The notes beneath the pieces were generated by a model. It worked only from the letters and a program-made list of their open reading frames with translations. It was not told where the DNA came from and did not search any database. The position numbers were made by a program, and so were the translations under genes. Below are positions 10,760 through 23,455 of a stretch of DNA of 55,203 nucleotides, piece after piece; position 1 is the stretch's first letter, and every line of letters begins with the position of its first letter. This DNA is from Octopus bimaculoides (lineage: Eukaryota), in the NCBI RefSeq assembly GCF_001194135.2, contig NC_068983.1, positions 55,987,614 to 56,042,816 on the forward strand, read 5' to 3'.

Positions 10760-11263
10760 ATTCCATTTACAAGATTATTCAAGATTATTATTGTATATGT
10801 TGCTGAAACAATAAACAGAATAAATTGCCGAAACAATGGACCAGTTTTGACACCGAATATAGAATTTGAACTTTTAAATTTGGTAATAGGAAAATATCTC
10901 ATTGAGCAGTAGACTAATTCTGACCGAAATGTAATATCTGGAAAAATGTGCTGCCTTATCCTAGGGAACACTTCCTTAGGTGGTTGCATGAACTATGCAG
11001 GAAACCATTAACTGGAATAAACATTATTTTACCAAATGTCTTTCATAAAAAGATAAAATATAATTTATGAAGTATTGCAAAGAAAATACTTATCTGCCAT
11101 CTTTTCTGTGTAAAAACCTCATTGTGGAAAGAATAAAATTTATGACATCTGAAATGGCTAGTACGATATAAAGTAAATATTTTGAGAGGAAATCTTTCAC
11201 AGTTGACTTGAATGTGAGTCGCTTTTTAAATGTCAACGTATATGATGTGTATGTGTTTGTGTG

Positions 11264-11306
<43 letters not shown>

Positions 11307-11420
11307 ACACACATACATACATACGTATATATATATGTGTATATGTATATACATATATGTGTATATATACATATATAAATGTATATATATATATATATAT
11401 ATATATCATCATCATAATCA

Positions 11421-11461
<41 letters not shown>

Positions 11462-12027
11462 NNNNNNNNNNNNNNNNNNNNNNNNNNNNNNNNNNNNNNN
11501 NNNNNNNNNNNNNNNNNNNNNNNNNNNNNNNNNNNNNNNNNNNNNNNNNNNNNNNNNNNNNNNNNNNNNNNNNNNNNNNNNNNNNNNNNNNNNNNNNNNN
11601 NNNNNNNNNNNNNNNNNNNNNNNNNNNNNNNNNNNNNNNNNNNNNNNNNNNNNNNNNNNNNNNNNNNNNNNNNNNNNNNNNNNNNNNNNNNNNNNNNNNN
11701 NNNNNNNNNNNNNNNNNNNNNNNNNNNNNNNNNNNNNNNNNNNNNNNNNNNNNNNNNNNNNNNNNNNNNNNNNNNNNNNNNNNNNNNNNNNNNNNNNNNN
11801 NNNNNNNNNNNNNNNNNNNNNNNNNNNNNNNNNNNNNNNNNNNNNNNNNNNNNNNNNNNNATATATATATATATATATGTATGTATGTATGTATATGTAT
11901 ATATTTTTTTTTACTGCTGCATAACTGACTTTTGTTTTAATCCTTTTGAGTCCTCTCGTAATATATCTCAAAATAATGTCTCAAGCCTTCTTTTGAAACT
12001 GCCATTTTTTTTTTCCACTTTGAACAG

Positions 12028-12147
12028 GAGCCTGCTGCAAATAGTGTTGCTTGGAATACAGAATATGAAGATATGTTATGTTTTTCTGGAAATGGCTATC
12101 TAAATATCAAAGCCAGCAACTTCCCTGTTCACCAACAGAAGTTAAAC
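12028..12147 (+). CDS. IFT122: IFT122 internal exon, 120 nt, phase 0/0
   Basis: aacag acceptor, AAC|GTAAAT donor. Translates [40 protein letters not shown] (cf. [40 protein letters not shown]). Confidence 0.97.
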
Positions 12148-12530
12148 GTAAATATTTCTTCAAATTTTTCCTTTCCATCTTTAGTATTTTTCGTATTGTT
12201 TTGTTCCTTTATTTGTTTCAGCCGTTGGACTGTGGCCATACTTGGGCACCACCTTGAAGGATTTCTATTCAAATGAATCAAACTCAATCCTTTTTTTAAA
12301 TCCTAGTACTTATTCTATCAGTCTTTTTTGCCAGACCACTAAGTTACAAGGATGTACACACTCCAATGTAGGTTGTCAACCAGTGATGGGGGACAAAGAG
12401 ATACACACACACATACAAACATGATGATACATACATACATACATACATACATACATCCATACATACATACATACATACATACATACATGCATACATACAC
12501 ACACACACACATATATATATACATACATAC

Positions 12531-12570
<40 letters not shown>

Positions 12571-13076
12571 CATCATCATCATCATCATCATCATTTAACG
12601 TCCGCTTTCCATGCTAGCATGGGTTGGACGACTTGACTGAGGACTGGTTAAACCGGATGGCTACACCAGGCTCCAATCTGATTTGGCAGAGTTTCTGCAG
12701 CTGGATGCCCTTCCTAACACCAACCACTCAGAGAGTGTAGTGGGTGCTTTTACGTGTCATTGATAGAAAAGGTAAGACAACAAAAGAAAGAAAGAGACCT
12801 CGGTATTATGTAAATAGAGGAATTTATCTGTAAACAATATGTGACAATTATTCGGTAGCCATGATTNNNNNNNNNNNNNNNNNNNNNNNNNNNNNNNNNN
12901 NNNNNNNNNNNNNNNNNNNNNNNNNNNNNNNNNNNNNNNNNNNNNNNNNNNNNNNNNNNNNNNNNNNNNNNNNNNNNNNNNNNNNNNNNNNNNNNNNNNN
13001 NNNNNNNNNNNNNNNNNNNNNNNNNNNNNNNNNNNNNNNNNNNNNNNNNNNNNNNNNNNNNNNNNNNNNNNNNNNN

Positions 13077-13107
<31 letters not shown>

Positions 13108-13363
13108 TCATCATCATCATCATCATCATTTAACGTCCGCTTTCCATGCTAGCATGGGTTGGACGACTTGACTGAGGACTGGTTAAACCGGATGGCTACA
13201 CCAGGCTCCAATCTGATTTGGCAGAGTTTCTGCAGCTGGATGCCCTTCCTAACACCAACCACTCAGAGAGTGTAGTGGGTGCTTTTACGTGTCATTGATA
13301 GAAAAGGTAAGACAACAAAAGAAAGAAAGAGACCTCGGTATTATGTAAATAGAGGAATTTATC

Positions 13364-13480
13364 TGTAAACAATATGTGACAATTATTCGGTAGCCATGAT
13401 TAAACTCCGAGTTTCCGCCCCGGCATCCAAAGCTTGGTGTTTTATCATGGCTACTGAATAATTGTCACATATTATTTACA
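13364..13480. repeat. 117-bp hairpin (about 42-bp inverted arms)
   Basis: tgtaaacaatatgtgacaattattcggtagccatgat / atcatggctactgaataattgtcacatattatttaca. Confidence 0.85.
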
Positions 13481-14354
13481 CACACACGCACAAACACACA
13501 CAATAGCCTTATTTCAGTTTCTGTGTACCAAATCCATTCACAAGGCTTTGGTTGGCCTGAGGCTCTTGTAGAAAACAACTTGCCCAAGGTACCATACAGT
13601 GGGACTGAACCAGGAACCCTGTAGATGGGAAGCAACCTTCTTACCACACAGCCACGCCTATGTTGTTGCAGTCAGGAAAACACATGATTAAATGTATTGA
13701 ACCCTTGAGCATCCTTTGTGTCCTTCCCTGCAACAGTGTAACCCACACTACTTCATTTATCCAATATGTCCTTTTTATAAGATGGCTGGTGTGGTCTAAA
13801 AGCGATTTGACTGCTATTTATGGCAAACGAGGATCCAGTTTGTTAATGACAAAGACGATGATAATGGTCAGAAACAATGGTCTCGCATAATGATAAATGT
13901 TTACATTATGTCATGTCGTGTTTAAACAATGAAATCTAACCAATCAGAGAACTTCCAGACTATTAATATTACTTGGAAGTGATCAGTGTAGCATCACATC
14001 TCTTAATACAGTTTGAACTGTCTTTAAAACGTAGACTGCTTAGTTTTAAGTCCTGAATCTTACAACAGCATGTCTCGTAATAAAGTTAAGATTGTGATGT
14101 CTAGAAACAACAACGAAAACGATTCGTTTGATTCTTTTAATTAGTTGCTCTGGGTGCGCTCGAGCAGAACTCACCGATGTTGCTCTACAAGAATAACAGC
14201 GATAACCATCGAAAATGTCATATTTTAATTCTCCGTTCCACCTTAGATTTCTTCACAAAGATACACGATCGTACTGAGATGCACACAGCCACACCCTCAG
14301 ATACACAAACAGATATAAATACACTTATGTACACAGGTATACACACAAACACAG

Positions 14355-14697
14355 TCTCTCTCTCTCTGTCTCTCTTTTTTTTCTTGCTCTCTATCTGTCC
14401 GTCTGTCTCTCTCTCTATTGCTCTCTTCCTCTCTCTCTATTGCTCTCTTTCTCTATTGCTCTCTCCCTCTCTATTGCTCTCTCTCTCTCTCTATTACTCT
14501 TTCTCTCTCTCTCTATTGCTCTCTCCCTCTCTCTCTCTCTCGCTTTCACTCTCTCTTGCTCTTTCAGTCCCTCTTGCTCCCTCACTCTCTCTCTCTTTTA
14601 TTCCTTCACTCTTCCTCTTTTTCCATCTCTCCACCTCTCCGTCCCCTCTCTCTCTTTCCACCTCTCTCTCCTCCTTTAACCTCTCACCCCCTGTACC
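14355..14697 (+). repeat. (CT)n-rich polypyrimidine tract with ctctctattg subunits
   Basis: Visible low-complexity array ending at a gap. Confidence 0.92.
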
Positions 14698-15664
14698 NNN
14701 NNNNNNNNNNNNNNNNNNNNNNNNNNNNNNNNNNNNNNNNNNNNNNNNNNNNNNNNNNNNNNNNNNNNNNNNNNNNNNNNNNNNNNNNNNNNNNNNNNNN
14801 NNNNNNNNNNNNNNNNNNNNNNNNNNNNNNNNNNNNNNNNNNNNNNNNNNNNNNNNNNNNNNNNNNNNNNNNNNNNNNNNNNNNNNNNNNNNNNNNNNNN
14901 NNNNNNNNNNNNNNNNNNNNNNNNNNNNNNNNNNNNNNNNNNNNNNNNNNNNNNNNNNNNNNNNNNNNNNNNNNNNNNNNNNNNNNNNNNNNNNNNNNNN
15001 NNNNNNNNNNNNNNNNNNNNNNNNNNNNNNNNNNNNNNNNNNNNNNNNNNNNNNNNNNNNNNNNNNNNNNNNNNNNNNNNNNNNNNNNNNNNNNNNNNNN
15101 NNNNNNNNNNNNNNNNNNNNNNNNNNNNNNNNNNNNNNNNNNNNNNNNNNNNNNNNNNNNNNNNNNNNNNNNNNNNNNNNNNNNNNNNNNNNNNNNNNNN
15201 NNNNNNNNNNNNNNNNNNNNNNNNGCTTCCACCACCACCACCACCACCACCTCCACCATCCATCCATGTTTACAGTGACAACAATAACCATAATGATAAG
15301 CTGTCTGCTCTAGTCTCAAACTTTAGTATAACTTTAACTAAAGTAGACACAACTCTTGTTTATTCTCTGTGTCGTTTGTGTGGATATTATTCCTTGATAA
15401 TCACTCCTGTCACCTTCACTAGATCTCTCTTTCTCTCTCTCTGGAAGACTGCACCAGACTCCAGTCTAATTTGGCAGAGTTTCTACAGCTGGATGCCCTT
15501 CCTAATGCTAACCACTCTGGGAATGTAATGGGTGCCTTTACGTACCACTGACATGGGTGCCATTTGCGTGATACCAGTATCTTTCATGACTGCAATTTTG
15601 CTCATCTTCATGGGTCTTCTTCTCAAGCATGACATAATGCCAAAGGTCTCAGTCGTTGCCTTGG

Positions 15665-15885
15665 TGAGGCCCAATGCTTGACTGAAACTAAGCCACTTTG
15701 CCTTTGTGAGGCCCAAAGCTCAAAAGGAACTCAGCCACTTTGCCTCCGTGAGGCCCAAAGCTTGAAAAGAACTCAGCCACTTTGCCTCTCTGAGGCCCAA
15801 CTCTTGAAAGGAAGTCAGCTACTTTGTTTCTGTGAAGTCTAACACTCAAAAGGAACTCAGCCACTTTGCCTCTGTGAGGCCCATA
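15665..15885. repeat. 42-bp minisatellite, about 5 units
   Basis: Unit approximately gaggcccaaagctcaaaaggaactcagccactttgcctccgt, contiguous with an RTE ORF2-end remnant at about 15590-15680. Confidence 0.9.
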
Positions 15886-17292
15886 TATGTATATGTCATC
15901 AAAGTGAGAGAGAGAGNNNNNNNNNNNNNNNNNNNNNNNNNNNNNNNNNNNNNNNNNNNNNNNNNNNNNNNNNNNNNNNNNNNNNNNNNNNNNNNNNNNN
16001 NNNNNNNNNNNNNNNNNNNNNNNNNNNNNNNNNNNNNNNNNNNNNNNNNNNNNNNNNNNNNNNNNNNNNNNNNNNNNNNNNNNNNNNNNNNNNNNNNNNN
16101 NNNNNNNNNNNNNNNNNNNNNNNNNNNNNNNNNNNNNNNNNNNNNNNNNNNNNNNNNNNNNNNNNNNNNNNNNNNNNNNNNNNNNNNNNNNNNNNNNNNN
16201 NNNNNNNNNNNNNNNNNNNNNNNNNNNNNNNNNNNNNNNNNNNNNNNNNNNNNNNNNNNNNNNNNNNNNNNNNNNNNNNNNNNNNNNNNNNNNNNNNNNN
16301 NNNNNNNNNNNNNNNNNNNNNNNNNNNNNNNNNNNNNNNNNNNNNNNNNNNNNNNNNNNNNNNNNNNNNNNNNNNNNNNNNNNNNNNNNNNNNNNNNNNN
16401 NNNNNNNNNNNNNNNNNNNNNNNNNNNNNNNNNNNNNNNNNNNNNNNNNNNNNNNNNNNNNNNNNNNNNNNNNNNNNNNNNNNNNNNNNNNNNNNNNNNN
16501 NNNNNNNNNNNNNNNNNNNNNNNNNNNNNNNNNNNNNNNNNNNNNNNNNNNNNNNNNNNNNNNNNNNNNNNNNNNNNNNNNNNNNNNNNNNNNNNNNNNN
16601 NNNNNNNNNNNNNNNNNNNNNNNNNNNNNNNNNNNNNNNNNNNNNNNNNNNNNNNNNNNNNNNNNNNNNNNNNNNNNNNNNNNNNNNNNNNNNNNNNNNN
16701 NNNNNNNNNNNNNNNNNNNNNNNNNNNNNNNNNNNNNNNNNNNNNNNNNNNNNNNNNNNNNNNNNNNNNNNNNNNNNNNNNNNNNNNNNNNNNNNNNNNN
16801 NNNNNNNNNNNNNNNNNNNNNNNNNNNNNNNNNNNNNNNNNNNNNNNNNNNNNNNNNNNNNNNNNNNNNNNNNNNNNNNNNNNNNNNNNNNNNNNNNNNN
16901 NNNNNNNNNNNNTCGTAGTCAGATAAATCTTTCAAGAAGAAACTTCTGTCCACAGTTATTGGGTGTGAAAACAAGAAATGTTTTCACAGCTCTCTCTCTC
17001 CCTGTGATTTATGGCACAAAAGCCACAGAATGACGGCCTGCGATATATATTGCTTCCTGGGCCTCCAAGAAGCAAACGATGTTGTTCTTGCTGATAAATA
17101 AATATATCGGATGATTTCTGTGCATTGCGACGTCCATGCTTTGAGTTTGAAATGCCAGTTTTGAAGGTTTATTATGCACGTTAGGTGTGCAGCCATGAAA
17201 TGTTCCAATATGAGCAATGTAACAATTGACAATATATATATCAACATCTACGACAACCACATTGACCTTTTTGGTTTGTAGATTTGTTTGTG

Positions 17293-17331
<39 letters not shown>

Positions 17332-18981
17332 TGAGTGTGTGTATGTGTGTGTATGTGTGTGTATGTATGTGTGTGTATGCATGTATATGTGTGTTTATAT
17401 ATGTGTGTGTATATATGTATATGTATATATATACATATACATATATATATATACATATACATATATACATATACATATGTCTGTTAAAGTCTGTCATACC
17501 GGCCATGACGAAGGGAAATAGCCCTGAAACTCGAGTTGCCTTTATATATATATATTTATATTTATATATTTATATATTTGATCCTTTATATTGAACACTC
17601 AATATTTCATCTACATTCAATACTTTCTTTCATGGTGCCATCCATTTTTATTTTATTTTATTTTATATTGTATATTGTATATCATATTATATTATATATT
17701 GTATATTCCATATTCTATACCCCACATTAGTTCTGCNNNNNNNNNNNNNNNNNNNNNNNNNNNNNNNNNNNNNNNNNNNNNNNNNNNNNNNNNNNNNNNN
17801 NNNNNNNNNNNNNNNNNNNNNNNNNNNNNNNNNNNNNNNNNNNNNNNNNNNNNNNNNNNNNNNNNNNNNNNNNNNNNNNNNNNNNNNNNNNNNNNNNNNN
17901 NNNNNNNNNNNNNNNNNNNNNNNNNNNNNNNNNNNNNNNNNNNNNNNNNNNNNNNNNNNNNNNNNNNNNNNNNNNNNNNNNNNNNNNNNNNNNNNNNNNN
18001 NNNNNNNNNNNNNNNNNNNNNNNNNNNNNNNNNNNNNNNNNNNNNNNNNNNNNNNNNNNNNNNNNNNNNNNNNNNNNNNNNNNNNNNNNNNNNNNNNNNN
18101 NNNNNNNNNNNNNNNNNNNNNNNNNNNNNNNNNNNNNNNNNNNNNNNNNNNNNNNNNNNNNNNNNNNNNNNNNNNNNNNNNNNNNNNNNNNNNNNNNNNN
18201 NNNNNNNNNNNNNNNNNNNNNNNNNNNNNNNNNNNNNNNNNNNNNNNNNNNNNNNNNNNNNNNNNNNNNNNNNNNNNNNNNNNNNNNNNNNNNNNNNNNN
18301 NNNNNNNNNNNNNNNNNNNNNNNNNNNNNNNNNNNNNNNNNNNNNNNNNNNNNNNNNNNNNNNNNNNNNNNNNNNNNNNNNNNNNNNNNNNNNNNNNNNN
18401 NNNNNNNNNNNNNNNNNNNNNNNNNNNNNNNNNNNNNNNNNNNNNNNNNNNNNNNNNNNNNNNNNNNNNNNNNNNNNNNNNNNNNNNNNNNNNNNNNNNN
18501 NNNNNNNNNNNNNNNNNACACACACACACATATATACAAACACACACACACGCACACACGTATATACATATATATACATATGTGTATGTTCACATCTGTG
18601 TGTGTGTGCAAATATTTGTTTATGTATGTATGTAAAGGGGTGATTGATCAGCAAAATCACTAGTGTCAGATCAGACAAATACCTTGTAGTGTTGTCTTTC
18701 TGCATTCAGAATTCAATCCCACCTACATCATGTTTCGTTTCCATCTGTAAGATTTTGATGAAAAAGAAAGTACAGGGCCAATTCTTCTTTCCCAAGTGTG
18801 ACAATGAGGTTGAGGATAAGTTACACTATCCCTTCACTCCAAGACAACCGATTCCACTGTGTTGCAAAAGATGAACGTGATTGTTGATTTTTGATTTATT
18901 TTTTTAATATTCATGGTAAATCTGTGACAGAGTTGAACAATATGACTCAAAATCTAAAAAAGCATTGCAACACAATTTTGT

Positions 18982-19846
18982 TTAATCCTCTAGCACAGTA
19001 GCTCCCAACATCGGTTCCCAACAGTGGTTCCCAGCAGTGGTTCCCAGCCCTTTATTAAAATGAGTTTTCTCACGGACCCCTTTAAATATACTTATTCTTA
19101 TGTGTGCTGTTGCCAGTATTGTCGGACTGGCCCTCGTGCCGGTGGCACGTAAAAAGCACCCACTACACTCTCGGAATAGTTGGCATTAGGAAGAGCATCC
19201 AGCTGTAGAAACGCTGCCAGATCAGATTGGAGCCTGGTGTAGCCATCTGGTTCACCAGTCCCCAGTCAAATTGTCCAACCCATTCTAGCATGGAAGGCGG
19301 ACGTTAAACGATGATGATGATGAAATTTTTAATTTAGTTCATGGACTTTGAGTACTACCTTTGCAGAGCACCAGGAGTGCATGGACCCCAGGTTGCGAAC
19401 CACAGCTCTAGTATTTAAACTGTTCATATCAAACTGGCCATATTCAGCCTCTCACACCAACCCTACAATGTCAATTCTAAAAATGAAAAAAATCACATGA
19501 TTGAAATGCATGATTAATTCAAAATAAAGAAGCATTATGCAAAACGTTAGTGTGGCATAGTGGTTAAGGTATCTAACTCACAATCATAAGATCATGAGTT
19601 CAATTTCCAGCAGTGTACTATATCCTTGAGCAAGACACTGTATTTCACTCAGCTGGATAAAATAAGTTGTACCTGTATTTTAAAGGGCCAGCCTCATCAC
19701 AGTCTGTGTCACATTGATTCTCCCTGAGAACTACGCTAATTTCACAAGCAGGTTATTCCATTGATTGGATCAACTGGAACACTTGTCATAACTGAGGTTG
19801 TGCCAGTGACATTTGAGAGAGTAATTTGAATGCTAAAGGGTTCAAG
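18982..19846. mobile_element. piggyBac-like MITE hosting nested insertions
   Basis: Termini ttaatcctctagca and tgctaaagggttcaa. Internal 19415-19535 is the reverse complement of the copy at 54673-54877. Confidence 0.65.
18996..19405. mobile_element. hAT (Charlie-like) MITE interrupted by an RTE tail
   Basis: Termini cagtggttccca.. and ..ggaccccaggttgcgaaccacag. 8-bp TSD ctctagca (18988-95) / ctctagta (19406-13). RTE tail at about 19110-19325. Confidence 0.78.
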
Positions 19847-20019
19847 CCAGTGTTATATCTTATGCAAAAGAATATGTTTGTAGAGTAGTTGAAATTTATA
19901 GAAAGACAAAAGAGAGAGACAGGTGTATGAACAACAAGCAAGTGTATTAGTTTGATGCTTGGGAAAATGTAAATGGCTTTTATATTTCGAGCCTACGCTC
20001 TTCAACAGAAAAGAATAAC

Positions 20020-20640
20020 AGAAAATAAACAGAGAGAGAAAGAAGAAGAGGGAATGAAAAAATGAGAGAGGATGAACAATAAATCGAGTAAGAATGAAAA
20101 AATTAGAGAAAATGAAAACATAAACAGAAAGAGAATGAAAAATTGTGAGAGAATGAAAAAATAAGAGAGAATGAAAATATAAGCAGAAAGAGAATGAAAA
20201 ATTGTGAGAGAATGAAAAAATGAGAGAGAATGAAAATATAAGCAGAAAGAGAATGAAAAATTGACAGAATATGAAAAAATGAGNNNNNNNNNNNNNNNNN
20301 NNNNNNNNNNNNNNNNNNNNNNNNNNNNNNNNNNNNNNNNNNNNNNNNNNNNNNNNNNNNNNNNNNNNNNNNAATGAAAACATAAACAGAAAGAGAATGA
20401 AAAATTGTGAGAGAATGAAAAAATAAGAGAGAATGAAAATATAAGCAGAAAGAGAATGAAAAATTGTGAGAGAATGAAAAAATGAGAGAGAATGAAAATA
20501 TAAGCAGAAAGAGAATGAAAAATTGACAGAATATGAAAAAATGAGCGAGAATGAAAAAAATAAACAGAGAAAATGAAAAAATAAACAGAGAGACAATGAT
20601 AAACAGAGACAGAATGAAAAAATGAGAGAGAATGGGAAAA
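20020..20640 (+). repeat. Purine-rich GAGAATGAAAA-based minisatellite spanning a gap
   Basis: About 21-bp subunits in a higher-order pattern; 20111-20283 recurs at 20373-20545. Confidence 0.9.
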
Positions 20641-20937
20641 AAACTTATAGATTTCAGCGGTCCAGCATGGCGAATGTTTATAGATTAGATGAGTAGATGT
20701 ACAGTATTTTGATTTAATATCAACTGATAAGATGGTAGCAACTTGGAGGTAACAAGATCACCCAAAAAGTTACTAGATGTTGTTAATACTGCTTTTGTAA
20801 GGGAAGTGTTTTGCATTATTTCGAGAAGGTTGCAGTGATGATTCTAACTGGAAGAAATTCTTAAGCCTCTTTGGTTTAACTTTCATGTAGTAAATTCATG
20901 TGTTGCAAATACGAGTTTTCTAGGAGAAATTCTCAGT

Positions 20938-20976
<39 letters not shown>

Positions 20977-21347
20977 TGTGTGTGTGTGTGTGTGTGTATG
21001 GGTTTCTAACATTTGTATATAAAATGTGTGTGTGTATGTATATATGTATATGTGTGTATATATTGTGTGTGTATGTATATAATGTGTTTGTATGTACACA
21101 TACAGAGACATGGCTGTGTGGTTAGGAAATTAATTTCCTGTGGTTTGAGGTTTAGTTCCACTTTATAGCACTTTGTGCAGTTGTCTTCTACTATAATGCT
21201 GGTTTGGCCAAAGCCCTTAGAATGGATTTGATAGATGGAAACAGGACTGTCATCATCATCATCATCATCATTACTATGCACTGGTGCCACCTAAAAGGGA
21301 CCTGTGCTGGTGTCATGTATAGAGCACTCAAGCTAGTGTCATGCATA

Positions 21348-21935
21348 CAGGGTTGTCGCTAAGCCCCTGCAAGCCCTGTGGTCACAGGGGGTCTCCGTGG
21401 TTGAGGGGCCCCATGTTAAGATCAAAGTTCGGAGATGAGTCATCTATTTACTTTGGTTAAGTTGTTGAACAAGAATTAAACTATGTTAACTGAGAATTTC
21501 AAGAAATAGAATGGTAATACGCTGTATCTGCAAAAGTTCTTGTAAAAATATTACATTGTACCACAAAAGTGGACCAGACTTTGTGGATCATCTATGATAT
21601 TTATTGAACACAAACTTAGCTCTTGGCTTGGTTATTCTGAACTGATCAATGATTTCGCATAGCGAAAAGTGCAGCGTGTTTGTCTTTGAAATTTGTGCTC
21701 TTTTATTCATATCTGGAAGTTTTACTAATTGAAATTTGTAATAGACCTAAATAAATTTAACTTGTTGTACTTTTAAAAATGTTCTTTAGGATAACATGAA
21801 ATACTGAACTTCAGATAGAATAAAGTAAAATATAGCTATGAATAAAAGGTGCGTAGATTATGAATTTTGATTGAAGGGATGGGACTTTGAAGCAAAAAGT
21901 TGCTGGGGGACTCTAAAAGACAAGCGATGGAGCTG
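21348..21935 (+). mobile_element. Internally deleted hAT transposon with hATC dimerisation-domain remnant
   Basis: TIR-like cagggttgtcgct / agcgatggagctg. 8-bp TSD catgcata (21340-47) / cttgcata (21936-43). 21573-21689 translates TRLCGSSMIFIEHKLSSWLGYSELINDFA*RKVQRVCL*, resembling the hAT C-terminal ERLxxLAxxxIE...IxDFAxxK pattern. Confidence 0.72.
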
Positions 21936-22432
21936 CTTGCATAGAGCACCTGTACTGGTGCCACATAAAGAGCACCCAATATACTCTGTAAAGTGACTGG
22001 TGTTAGAAAAGGGAATCCAACCTTAGGAACCCCACCAAAGCTGTCATGGGGAACCTGATGCAGCGCTCTTGTTTCTCAGCTCTTGTCAGACCATCCATCC
22101 ATGACAGCATGGAAAATGGACATTAAATAACATTGAGGATGATAATGATGACTTCCCATGTTGGCATGGGTTGGCTCCTACATTTTGCGTGCTTTTTGTG
22201 TACCTGCATGTGAACGGGCATGCATGCGAGTGCATTTGCTTCTACAACGACTTGTACAAAAGCACGATGGATGGTGTTGTTGTCAGTATTTCCTGTCAGC
22301 ATATTAACAAGGCACATTTTTACAGACATCCGCATAACAGACCAAAAGCAAACAGAACATGGAAAAGAAAAGTCCAAATTCAAATATATTATTGTGAAGA
22401 AAAGCAATGTATATTCATGATGATGATGTACT

Positions 22433-22820
22433 TTTGTTTGTTGGCATTCCATCGCTTACGACGACGAGGGTTCCAGTTGATCCGATCAACGAAACAGCTT
22501 GCTCATGAAATTAACGTGCAAGTGGCTGAGCACTCCACAGACACGTGTACCCTTAATGTAGTTCTTGGAGATATTCAGTGTGACACAGTGTGACAAGGCT
22601 GGCCCTTTGAATTATAGGCACAACAGAAACAGGAAGTAAGAGTAAGAGAAAGTTGTGGTGGAAGAGTACAGCAGGGTTTGCCACCATCCCCTGCCGGAGC
22701 CTCGTAGAGCTTTAGGTGTTTTCGCTCAATAAACACTCATACTGCCCGGTCTGGGAATTGAAACCGCGATCCTATGACCGCGAGTCCGCTGCCCTAATCA
22801 CTGGGCCATTGTGCCTCTGC
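22433..22820 (-). mobile_element. tRNA(Arg)-like SINE, family E, full length with TSD
   Basis: Perfect 11-bp TSD gatgatgtact at 22422-22432 and 22821-22831. Reverse-complement match to 41493-41880. Confidence 0.9.
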
Positions 22821-23250
22821 GATGATGTACTACATATATATGTAATGTAAGAAGATCCGGAATTTCTCAGATTCTGCCTCTCCTATTTCACAGAAACTTT
22901 CTACAACGTTCTTCCTTTGCCATGACTCACTTTAAATACTTTATTTCCATTTTTGATGGCATTCATTTAGTTTTTTATATCTTCAATTTATTTGCTTTCT
23001 TTTTTGTTTCTGTCTTGACAAAGGACGACTCATATTAATGTATTGAGTTTCTACCTGATTTTCATGTTTTGTTTGCTTTAGCCCATAAATTTTTAGCCTC
23101 TGGACAACTATGCTGATGTACTACAGCAAAATATACCTGGGTGATTTGTCAACTGGAGAAATTGACAACAACATTGTCCATCACACTCCTGTAAAAGCCA
23201 TTGCAGATGTAAACAAACAAACACACATATACACACAAATGTAAAGCATA

Positions 23251-23406
23251 CAGGTGTGGCTGTGTGGTAAGAAGTTTACTTCCCAACCACACGGTTCTGG
23301 GATCAGTTTCACTGCATGGCACCTTGGGCAAGTGTCTTCTACTATAGCCTCAGGATGACCAAAACCTCGTGAGTGGATTTTGTAGACAAAAACTGAAAGA
23401 AGCTTG

Positions 23407-23455
<49 letters not shown>

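Noticed and set aside
12541-13400. Apparent tandem duplication of about 320 bp (12541-12866 versus about 13077-13400)
   Set aside because: The two copies look identical, flank an N gap and both start in a (TA)n tract. This is the classic unmerged contig overlap, so most likely an assembly artefact.
11090-18705. Long ORFs (200-430 aa) at 11-12, 14-18, 31, 33 and 43-44 kb
   Set aside because: They are open only because N runs and TA/CA/CT repeats lack stop codons.
20111-20545. 173-bp exact repeat across the 20284-20372 gap
   Set aside because: Cannot distinguish true array units from an overlap artefact; reported only as a minisatellite.
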